A stretch of 15,325 bases of DNA, from assembly GCA_024407725.1 (NCBI GenBank), contig JAKSVZ010000017.1, positions 1 through 15,325 on the forward strand, in the 5' to 3' direction. Under the pieces are notes generated by a model, which saw only the letters and a list, made by a program, of their open reading frames with translations, was not told the DNA's origin and did not search any database. This DNA is from Opitutales bacterium (GTDB lineage Bacteria > Verrucomicrobiota > Verrucomicrobiia > Opitutales > UBA9783). Of the stretch, positions 7,862-14,555 are shown piece after piece. The position numbers and the translations under genes were made by a program. How positions within the stretch are numbered: the stretch's first letter is position 1; each line of letters opens with the position of its first letter.

Positions 7862-8249
7862 GTAGATTTCCTCCGTAAATTTTATAAAGGGTATAAGAAG
7901 CGTTCCCTTTCGAATGCGTTTGAATCGTGCATAGGGTAGCATCTTCTAAAAGAGTGGTTTGTTTGGCACTCGGGTCTTCAAAATCAATCGACAGTTGACC
8001 TTTGGCATGGATCAACTGACTGGCATGCGTTAGGCTGTATTGAATCGCTTCTGCTTTACTTGCGTGACGCTTGCTAACCTCCAAAACAATTTCTGTCTGT
8101 TGATTATCCCGTCCTAACGCTTTAGCAAAGTCCGCATGGATCGCCTTACGCCATTGAACCGTCCAGTGAGCCGTTATCTCTAAGCGCGTAATGGCTTCGT
8201 TGGTCTTTTCTCCGCCCGACAAAACATGGCTATTTAGGGTAATTTTCAT
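7848..8249 (-). CDS. Neck / tail-proximal structural protein of unknown family
   Basis: 133-aa ORF. Its start forms an ATGA overlap with the upstream gene. Its position lies between the head-completion genes and the tail genes. Confidence 0.4.
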   Translation of the reverse strand: MKITLNSHVLSGGEKTNEAITRLEITAHWTVQWRKAIHADFAKALGRDNQQTEIVLEVSKRHASKAEAIQYSLTHASQLIHAKGQLSIDFEDPSAKQTTLLEDATLCTIQTHSKGNASYTLYKIYGGNLHETK

Positions 8250-8698
8250 AAGGCAACTTCAAAATTGGTCGCTTCAAAATTCACCTGAAGCGCATTTTTC
8301 CTATCAACCGTTAACCATTCCCATGGGGCGTTTTCAGCTAATCTAAACTTGCCTGTCCATAGGTTTTTGACCGTTAACGTAGCCCCTGCAAGCGCAAAAC
8401 TCACCTGTTCGGCATAATCGACAAAATTGCTTTTATCGGCAGTTGTAATCGATTGCAACAAGGTGCATTTTAACGCTAAGGTGTCCCAGCAAGGGGCTAC
8501 CAATTCAGGCAGGGTTTTTAACGGGAACGGTAGGTCGACAAACAATACATACGGTGCTGCTTGTACCAAGCGCCTTTGAGTCCGTTTGTTGAGCAAAAAA
8601 TTATCATTTGCAACAATCTTGGCTGTCGCCTTTAAGTCCGGTTGTTTTTGGAAAAAGCTAACAACCTCTGATTGAATAGCTCGCAAAACAGGCTTCAT
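8246..8698 (-). CDS. Head-closure / tail-completion-like protein (DUF3168 / Mu gp37 style)
   Basis: 150 aa. The N-terminus (LRAIQSEVVSFFQKQPDLKATAKIV...AAPYVLFV) resembles the pattern of tail-completion families. There are ATGA overlaps on both sides. Confidence 0.4.
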   Translation of the reverse strand: MKPVLRAIQSEVVSFFQKQPDLKATAKIVANDNFLLNKRTQRRLVQAAPYVLFVDLPFPLKTLPELVAPCWDTLALKCTLLQSITTADKSNFVDYAEQVSFALAGATLTVKNLWTGKFRLAENAPWEWLTVDRKNALQVNFEATNFEVAL

Positions 8699-9120
8699 AA
8701 TCCTTTTAAGGTTGATTGCTTCACGTCATGCTCTCGGTGATCAACGGCTTCTATACGCGGTTCCCACTGCTTATCGTGGGTATTCCATTCCGTAAACAAT
8801 GCATCTAATGTTTTGCGTGCTTGTTCTGCCGCACGGATTTGGTCTTCCGATGCCATAAGCTCAGGCATTCGGGTTTGCAAAGCTTCAATCACCAAATGGC
8901 AAGCAGCTTGCTTACAGGCATCCGGAAGATGATTGGCTTTGACCGGATTAGGCAACCAAGCACTGGGAATCCGTTGTCGTATATAAGCACATACATCGGC
9001 AATAATACCCTGCAAAACCGTTCCTTTGGGATTAAGGGCGCTGAGTTGCTCTTCAATCAGATAATCCGATAGGTCTTTGGGTTCTAATAGAATCCACTGT
9101 AAGGTAATAGGCTGTATCAT
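8695..9120 (-). CDS. Head-tail connector / adaptor (DUF1320 / gp6-like style)
   Basis: 141 aa and the first gene after the capsid gene. Its helical pattern (DLSDYLIEEQLSAL...LQGIIADVCAYIRQRIP...ACHLVIEALQ) is typical of head-tail adaptors. Confidence 0.5.
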   Translation of the reverse strand: MIQPITLQWILLEPKDLSDYLIEEQLSALNPKGTVLQGIIADVCAYIRQRIPSAWLPNPVKANHLPDACKQAACHLVIEALQTRMPELMASEDQIRAAEQARKTLDALFTEWNTHDKQWEPRIEAVDHREHDVKQSTLKGL

Positions 9121-9133
9121 AAAAATGGGTTCG

Positions 9134-9156
9134 ACGGGATGGCGTTACCATCCCGT
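9134..9156 (-). promoter_or_regulatory. Stem-loop directly downstream of the capsid gene (partial terminator or mRNA stabiliser)
   Basis: ACGGGATGG (9134-9142) and CCATCCCGT (9148-9156) form a perfect 9-bp stem with a 5-nt loop. It sits in the largest intergenic gap of the operon (49 nt). On the minus strand a TTTTT run follows 8 nt later, just before the next ATG. Confidence 0.5.
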
Positions 9157-9169
9157 TACGCTAATGGGT

Positions 9170-10069
9170 TTAGGCGTCTTTAATTTTCCAATGAATGAGG
9201 TTTGTTTTCGAAGTCACTGCAATCGTCGAGAAGCACTCAACAATGATATCGGTATACTTAGGATATTCTTCTACATATACGCGGAAGAAGTGACCTTCGG
9301 GTGACAACGTGACAAAGTACTTCAAGTTGGATAAAGCATCCTTAAACATAGAATCTTCGGCGTAAAAAGCGAAAACGCTATTGTCTTTCAGTTGCCCTTG
9401 AATACCGAGGTTGTTTTGCTTTAAGAGCTGAACCGCATCCACACGTAACATTTCTGCTAATGTTTCACGGCTCATTTCCGCTGCAATGCGTGCACCGGCA
9501 TTCTCTTGTGCGGCATAACAATCCTGTCGGATAAACCAAGCGGGTTCAGAGTAGAGCAAGCGATTGGGATAAAATCCATGCTTCTTGCAAGCCGCAACTA
9601 ACGCTTTACGGATATCTGCATCCGGAGAAGCATCGTTCGCCCAAGTTAAGTCTCCGCCATCAGCAGCATTGGCAATCAAGGCTTTGATCACGCGACGCAA
9701 CTCGTTGCGATAGATTTGTTCTTGAAGGGCATAAACATAGCGGGTTTGCCAATCATTTCCATTGATATCATCGACATCAATGCGGATTCCTAATCCCTTA
9801 TTTAGGGTTTTTGCGGTTATAGATTCACCTTGGAAATCCATGTATTTAAAATTGCTGCCGGTTGCGCGGATATCATCATCCTCAGAGCTGAAAAACTGAT
9901 CGGTTGGTGCCTTTTTGTGCTCAAAGCGGCGTGCAACCGGAATTGCAGGAGCAATGAAGTTTAAGGTTTTCTTTAAATCCAAATGGTTGTCCTTACTGTT
10001 TGCAAATTCAGTAAGTTCCACCGACAGATGGTTCGTGTTATAAGGTAGGTCGTTTACTATTGTAGTCAT
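9170..10069 (-). CDS. Major capsid protein (HK97 fold expected; lambda gpE / Mu gpT-like by size and position)
   Basis: 299 aa, immediately after the protease/scaffold and decoration-like genes (lambda-like order C/Nu3-D-E), and followed by a stem-loop. The segment FIAPAIPVARRFEHKK...FKYMDFQGESITAKTL is reminiscent of E-like capsid proteins. Confidence 0.65.
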   Translation of the reverse strand: MTTIVNDLPYNTNHLSVELTEFANSKDNHLDLKKTLNFIAPAIPVARRFEHKKAPTDQFFSSEDDDIRATGSNFKYMDFQGESITAKTLNKGLGIRIDVDDINGNDWQTRYVYALQEQIYRNELRRVIKALIANAADGGDLTWANDASPDADIRKALVAACKKHGFYPNRLLYSEPAWFIRQDCYAAQENAGARIAAEMSRETLAEMLRVDAVQLLKQNNLGIQGQLKDNSVFAFYAEDSMFKDALSNLKYFVTLSPEGHFFRVYVEEYPKYTDIIVECFSTIAVTSKTNLIHWKIKDA

Positions 10070-10077
10070 ATCAATTA

Positions 10078-10506
10078 TTACTTAAGTATGTTTTGAGGAA
10101 GCGTCGTTAAGGTTTCAACAAGGGATCCTTTGGTTCCATCGGTTAACGCAATACCAATGAAAGGCATTTCTTTGGTAAGTTTTTTAGCCTTGCCGTTATC
10201 TGCTAAACCCAAGGGTTCTTCAGCTTTAATGGCTTCATGGACTAAAATGCGTGCACTTTGATCGGTGCAGCTTAAAGGCTGAATGGAGATGTGAGCATCC
10301 TGACCCTCTGTTGGCGTTGCATCGCGTAATGCTATACCGAATGGATATTCGGCTTTTCCGCATGCCTTAACATAACTTTGGCTTTCGTCAAAGGTGACCA
10401 GCATGCCTTTTGTGATAGGATTTCCCTTCACGCTTAACGTAAAGGATCCTCTGTGATAGCTAAATGTATTCTCATTTGCCATAATAATAGTGTGTAGTTG
10501 TTTCAT
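10078..10506 (-). CDS. Head decoration / cement-like protein (DUF2190 style)
   Basis: 142 aa, or 134 aa if it starts at MANENTF (10482). It looks beta-rich, with a repeated G(I/V)AL motif (FGIALRDA, IGIALTDGTKG). It sits directly upstream of the capsid gene. Confidence 0.45.
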   Translation of the reverse strand: MKQLHTIIMANENTFSYHRGSFTLSVKGNPITKGMLVTFDESQSYVKACGKAEYPFGIALRDATPTEGQDAHISIQPLSCTDQSARILVHEAIKAEEPLGLADNGKAKKLTKEMPFIGIALTDGTKGSLVETLTTLPQNILK

Positions 10507-10524
10507 AAAATTAATATCTATAGG

Positions 10525-11385
10525 TTAAAATTGTTCTTCGTCTCGTTGAACCGCGCTCCAAGCTTCTGGATAGTTTTCGCCGGTTTGTTTCATACGTAAC
10601 TGAACCTTTTGCGAAAAATCCAAAATGCGCTTCTTGTCGCTGCGGCTTTGCTGTTTGTGCAAATTATGCGAATGCGCTTTGTGCTTCGATTTTGGCTTAG
10701 CAACCGCCTTGTTTTTGGCTGCCTTTACCACCTGCTTCTTCGCAACCGGTTTCTTAACAACAGGAGCGCTTTGGGGAGCAGCATCCGGCGTTACCTGAAA
10801 TAGCCACTGATAGCCTTTGCGTATCTGCTGCCACATCCAAAGGAACCAATGACAGCAACCTTTCATCAGAGCGCATATCCAGCAATGCGTGGATTTGGCT
10901 TTTTGTTGCTTCAACACCCGTAACTTTTTCAAACACTCCTGTGCTTCATCGAACGGAATAGGTTCGACCGGTAAATTCGGTTGTTGGGTAAGTCCGACCG
11001 ACAATAGGTTGATGGGATGGAAGGTTGATTGATGCGCACCCTTGATCAAAACCCAACGGGGCGATAAATGGGTATAAACGCGATTGGCAATCAGTTCATA
11101 ACTGCAGCGATTCCATTTGATTTTTACAAACAAACCATCTTTGTTAACGGCGATGCGTCGCACAAACCCATAAACTTTATGCGGTACCGGATGCGCCGGA
11201 TTGTTGAACAAAGGATCATCGGGATGACCAATGTACACCGGAATTTTATCGCAGCGTAAGCGTAATTTCAGGCGCTTGCTTTTGGATGCACAACGCTTGG
11301 CATCCGCCATTTCTATTGTTTGTTTCCCATAAGGATGGTTGAACGTACCATAAGGAGATAATTGTATCCAATTTTTCATAAACAT
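10525..11385 (-). CDS. Prohead protease / scaffold fusion (Mu-like prophage I protein style)
   Basis: 286 aa. The N-terminus (WIQLSPYGTFNHPYG...IPVYIGHPDD...GLTQQPNLP) resembles the Mu gpI family. The C-terminus (ILDFSQKVQLRMKQTGENYPEAWSAVQRDEEQF) looks scaffold-like. It starts 1 nt after the portal stop. The middle contains an odd W/C-rich patch and a Lys/Ala/Pro basic tract. Confidence 0.6.
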   Translation of the reverse strand: MFMKNWIQLSPYGTFNHPYGKQTIEMADAKRCASKSKRLKLRLRCDKIPVYIGHPDDPLFNNPAHPVPHKVYGFVRRIAVNKDGLFVKIKWNRCSYELIANRVYTHLSPRWVLIKGAHQSTFHPINLLSVGLTQQPNLPVEPIPFDEAQECLKKLRVLKQQKAKSTHCWICALMKGCCHWFLWMWQQIRKGYQWLFQVTPDAAPQSAPVVKKPVAKKQVVKAAKNKAVAKPKSKHKAHSHNLHKQQSRSDKKRILDFSQKVQLRMKQTGENYPEAWSAVQRDEEQF

Positions 11386-11386
11386 T

Positions 11387-12628
11387 TTATTTTTGAAGAC
11401 TTTCCTCAGACTCCGCTACCGGATGAACGCCCCACTTTTGCAGGGTGTCTTTGACGTCTAGAGGTGGATTAATTCCAAAATGTTCACGGATATCGTTAAC
11501 GCTGAGCGATACTCCCATATCGTAAAGCGTTTTGATAATGGCCAAATCGTTATTTAGGTTCTTGTTGGATGACGATTTGAGCCGGAAATACGCTTTCGGT
11601 TGCTTAATGCCTTCAAGGCGCAACAATACTTCACGATCCACTTGTTCATTCAGGGTCTCTGAAATCCTTTGTGCATCTTCTTCTTCCAAGATATTGTTTT
11701 CGTTGCGTTGAAGGGTAACGCCGGTAGGGTTTTCCTTGCTCGAATTGATTAAGCGGGTACCCAACCATGTCAGATACATAAGGTCGTCTATACGTTTGAC
11801 GAATTCTGGGTAAGGCAATACTCCTTTGCCGGAAATATCAATGGCCTGAATATCCGTTCCGTGCGACATCACCGCACAAAATTCAGCACTAAAATTTTTT
11901 ACCGCATCGCACGCCATATCCCATTCCTTAGAACCGGGACGCGCTTGTGTAACACCCTTCACGCCAGGCATACCATTGCGTTCGCAATAGATGAGCCAAT
12001 CGCGCAACGAGAGGTGTTTAAATAGATAGGCAATGGAGCTGGATTCCATCAATCCATCGCCCGTGGTTACTAACCATTCACCAGACGTAGTTGGAACCTT
12101 TTTGTGGGTTTCGGGATCTACAAACTGTAAACGACCCCCTTCGTTTTCGAAGAAAAACAGCGGTACAAAGCGAAATTCTGCGGTTAATAACGCGGTGTTG
12201 TCTTGCTTGAACGGCTTGAACACCACTTCATGCACCGCATATCGTTTACCAACCGCATCCATCATCTGATGAATGAGCAACGATAAACCGCCATGCTCAT
12301 TTTCATCGAAAGCATTCACGCAACTCAGGTTGTTATAAAACTGCTCCAAAATGGCCTTTTGACGCATGGCCTCGTCGGAACTATCAAGGGTTAGAATTTC
12401 CCAATCGAGACGCGCAATGGACTTTTTACGTTTAGAAATAGCCCCCTGTAATACATCATCCCGTTGCTCAATCGCATCCCAAATCATGGCTGCCTGCTTC
12501 AAGTGCCCAGCATGAAAATCGTCTAAAATTTTAGAAAGCGATTGGGGAGTAAGGGAACGAATAGGGTTCCAGCTTTGCGCACTAAAGCGCTCCGTTCGGA
12601 TAGAAGTGGTATAAATGTTTGTTTGCAT
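11387..12628 (-). CDS. Portal protein (Mu gp29 / DUF935-like)
   Basis: The start is reassigned to the ATG at 12628 (MQTNIYTT...), 5 nt after the TerL stop. The track's upstream start at 12754 would overlap TerL by 121 nt. The product is 413 aa. The motif block HLKQAAMIWDAIEQRDDVLQGAISKRKKSIARLDWEIL resembles the DUF935 family. Confidence 0.75.
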   Translation of the reverse strand: MQTNIYTTSIRTERFSAQSWNPIRSLTPQSLSKILDDFHAGHLKQAAMIWDAIEQRDDVLQGAISKRKKSIARLDWEILTLDSSDEAMRQKAILEQFYNNLSCVNAFDENEHGGLSLLIHQMMDAVGKRYAVHEVVFKPFKQDNTALLTAEFRFVPLFFFENEGGRLQFVDPETHKKVPTTSGEWLVTTGDGLMESSSIAYLFKHLSLRDWLIYCERNGMPGVKGVTQARPGSKEWDMACDAVKNFSAEFCAVMSHGTDIQAIDISGKGVLPYPEFVKRIDDLMYLTWLGTRLINSSKENPTGVTLQRNENNILEEEDAQRISETLNEQVDREVLLRLEGIKQPKAYFRLKSSSNKNLNNDLAIIKTLYDMGVSLSVNDIREHFGINPPLDVKDTLQKWGVHPVAESEESLQK

Positions 12629-12633
12629 AAAAA

Positions 12634-13980
12634 CTAGAAGGTTAAGCGTTGAATTTGCATAGGGCCTGAAAAGGAGGGGTGCGAAAACGTTTCGGCTGCA
12701 CAGAAACCGGTCGATACTGCTTGATTCGCATGAATAGCTAAAGCCAATCCCCAAAAACGATCCGCATGCCCATTGGGTCCGTGTTTGGCGGTTAAACGAC
12801 CCTGTTCGTCAATTTGCATGCTCAGTAAGTCCGTTACCAATTCTTCATCAGACGATAAACGCACCATTTGACGATCTACCTGCGCTTTTAAGGCGTAGGC
12901 CAATTGCTCCTTGGTGTTTTGGGTAAATTGAATCCCTTCGATTCGATCGTCTCCAAAACGCTTTTGTGCGCGCTCTAAAAACTGCCGCCCCATGCCTGTT
13001 TGATCCACACAAACGCGTTGTACATTAAAGCGGTGGAACAATTGGTCGAAGACCGATTCTTGTTGATCGAACGGCGCATCTTTTAAGCATTGAATGTGGC
13101 GTAGATAAAACACCTCGTTAATTTGTTCTAAAATTACAAAGGTGCTTAAGTCATTGGTTCGCGCCAAATCGACGCCCATGAGCATAACGCCATCGGAAGT
13201 TTGCCGCCAATCCTCAGCATCCGAATAGAAACACTTTTGAATCGCCTCGTAGGATAACAGTGAATCCGAATGATCCATGGGCTGACACATGTATTCCTGC
13301 AAAAAGCTTTTTTCGGTCGCACAGGATTGTTTAATAAAATTGTAATAATCACCGGCATCCATTGTTTGACGGGGATCGTCCGGCGGTAATTTGGCTTTTA
13401 ACTTTTCTAAAAATCCTTGGTCTAAAGCATCCACCAAGGTCACCCGATGCAGCGAAATTTGTTTGGGATTCCCTTCGTTACGAGCTTCCTCTATTAAACG
13501 ATTGAAGAAGTTATGAGCTCCGCGATGGGTTGAAATAATCTCCAATTGCCCACCCCAGGTAATTCCGGGATAAGCAATGTTGTACAGAGCCTCCGGATCT
13601 TCATGGAGCGCAAATTCATCAAGAATACGCGATCCTCGCTTGCCTGCCTGCGCATTAACTGCCGACGAAATCAGGGTTAACGTACTTCCATTGCGCAAAC
13701 GTAACACCGTACGCAAATTCGAAGCACGCCCCAACAGACGTTCGTGATACGCTTGATTTAAAATAGCCGCAAAGGATTTGCAGTCGTTCAAAAACAGCTG
13801 TGCTTGCTGCAAATCACGCGAACAAATCCAAACGTGGGTGTTCGCATGGGTTATAGCCTTACGCAACGCCCGATAAGCCGTTGCCCAAGATAAACCAATC
13901 TGCCTCGATTTCTCCATTACCTTAATCCGGGAAGAATCTTGTATCCACTTCGCTTGATAAGGTAAGAAGAACGTCTTCAT
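12634..13980 (-). CDS. Terminase large subunit
   Basis: 448 aa. It has the N-terminal LPYQAKWIQDSSRIKVMEKSRQIGLS with a deviant Walker A, KSRQIGLS (compare lambda gpA KSARVGYS and T4 gp17 SRQLGKT). Walker B is SRILDEF. RNaseH-like nuclease Asp blocks are present (LMGVDLARTNDLS, VCVDQTGMG, HADRFWGLALA). Confidence 0.85.
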   Translation of the reverse strand: MKTFFLPYQAKWIQDSSRIKVMEKSRQIGLSWATAYRALRKAITHANTHVWICSRDLQQAQLFLNDCKSFAAILNQAYHERLLGRASNLRTVLRLRNGSTLTLISSAVNAQAGKRGSRILDEFALHEDPEALYNIAYPGITWGGQLEIISTHRGAHNFFNRLIEEARNEGNPKQISLHRVTLVDALDQGFLEKLKAKLPPDDPRQTMDAGDYYNFIKQSCATEKSFLQEYMCQPMDHSDSLLSYEAIQKCFYSDAEDWRQTSDGVMLMGVDLARTNDLSTFVILEQINEVFYLRHIQCLKDAPFDQQESVFDQLFHRFNVQRVCVDQTGMGRQFLERAQKRFGDDRIEGIQFTQNTKEQLAYALKAQVDRQMVRLSSDEELVTDLLSMQIDEQGRLTAKHGPNGHADRFWGLALAIHANQAVSTGFCAAETFSHPSFSGPMQIQRLTF

Positions 13981-14300
13981 AGCAGGTTTAACTGATCCTC
14001 CAAACTGCTAAGCATTTCTTCCGACAAATCAGATTCCGCTTGCGCACTGTTCACTTTGCTACAAACCGCAAATAACTCTCGGTAGTTGTGCAGGAGCTTC
14101 GTTAACACTCCCACAATTTCTTTGGTTGTACTAAAATTGGCCGATTTAGCATCCACGCATAATTGGTCAAATAAACGCTCCCAAAGCATCCCCATCGATT
14201 GCTCAGCAACATGCATTTGCTCTAATAAGGATGCAGCGTTTTTAGCCCGCTTAATACGGTCTAAATGCTCGTTAAATTCTACTGGGGTCGCGCTTTTCAT
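13977..14300 (-). CDS. Small helical protein; candidate small terminase or packaging accessory (by position only)
   Basis: 107-aa ORF. Its stop overlaps the TerL start (ATGA). Its start overlaps the upstream wHTH gene by 29 nt. No recognisable motif was found. Confidence 0.35.
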   Translation of the reverse strand: MKSATPVEFNEHLDRIKRAKNAASLLEQMHVAEQSMGMLWERLFDQLCVDAKSANFSTTKEIVGVLTKLLHNYRELFAVCSKVNSAQAESDLSEEMLSSLEDQLNLL

Positions 14301-14547
14301 TTTCTAAAAAATCAATGCCTTGAGCGGATATTTTGTATCGGTATGCTTGCGGACAAATATCATTGCTTAGCCGCAGCACAAATCCCTTGTCTTGCAAATA
14401 AGCTAGTTCCTTTTCCAACAAGCGCCTGTTTGCCGGCAATCCGTGCAAAAATACACCTTGCTTGAGCGTTTCAATCGGTAACGATACCGGATAGGCTGAC
14501 TCTAACTGTAACAGGAGGGTCCTACGTACAAATTCATTTATTTTCAT
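14272..14547 (-). CDS. Winged-helix DNA-binding protein (possible DNA-recognition partner of the terminase, or a regulator)
   Basis: 91 aa. It has a wHTH-like layout: helices (RRTLLLQLESAYP / LPIETLKQGVFLHG / NRRLLEKELAYLQDKGFV) followed by a beta wing (LRLSNDICPQAYRYKISAQG). AAGGGA lies 4 nt upstream of the ATG. Confidence 0.45.
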   Translation of the reverse strand: MKINEFVRRTLLLQLESAYPVSLPIETLKQGVFLHGLPANRRLLEKELAYLQDKGFVLRLSNDICPQAYRYKISAQGIDFLENEKRDPSRI

Positions 14548-14555
14548 AAAATCCC

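Noticed and set aside
8821-9304. + strand ORFs 8821-9072 and 9077-9304
   Set aside because: They are antisense to the connector and capsid genes and span the intergenic hairpin. There is no supporting signal.
10609-11259. + strand ORFs 10609-10803 and 11068-11259
   Set aside because: They are antisense to the protease/scaffold gene. The Leu/Phe/Arg-rich translation mirrors the Lys/Ala-rich tract on the coding strand.
12033-13358. ORFs 12033-12269 (+) and 13146-13358 (-)
   Set aside because: They are shadow or off-frame ORFs within the portal and TerL genes, both of which carry clear family motifs in the long frames.
14296-14312. Possible -1 programmed frameshift at the T-TTT-TTA heptamer near the overlap of the wHTH and 107-aa genes
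   Set aside because: A -1 shift from the wHTH frame reaches TGA after three codons. The 107-aa ORF lies in the +1 (equivalently -2) frame and has its own ATG, so no fusion product is possible this way.
14086-14465. + strand ORFs 14086-14307 and 14265-14465
   Set aside because: They are antisense to the coupled 107-aa and wHTH genes, and their Cys/Leu-rich translations have no start signals.
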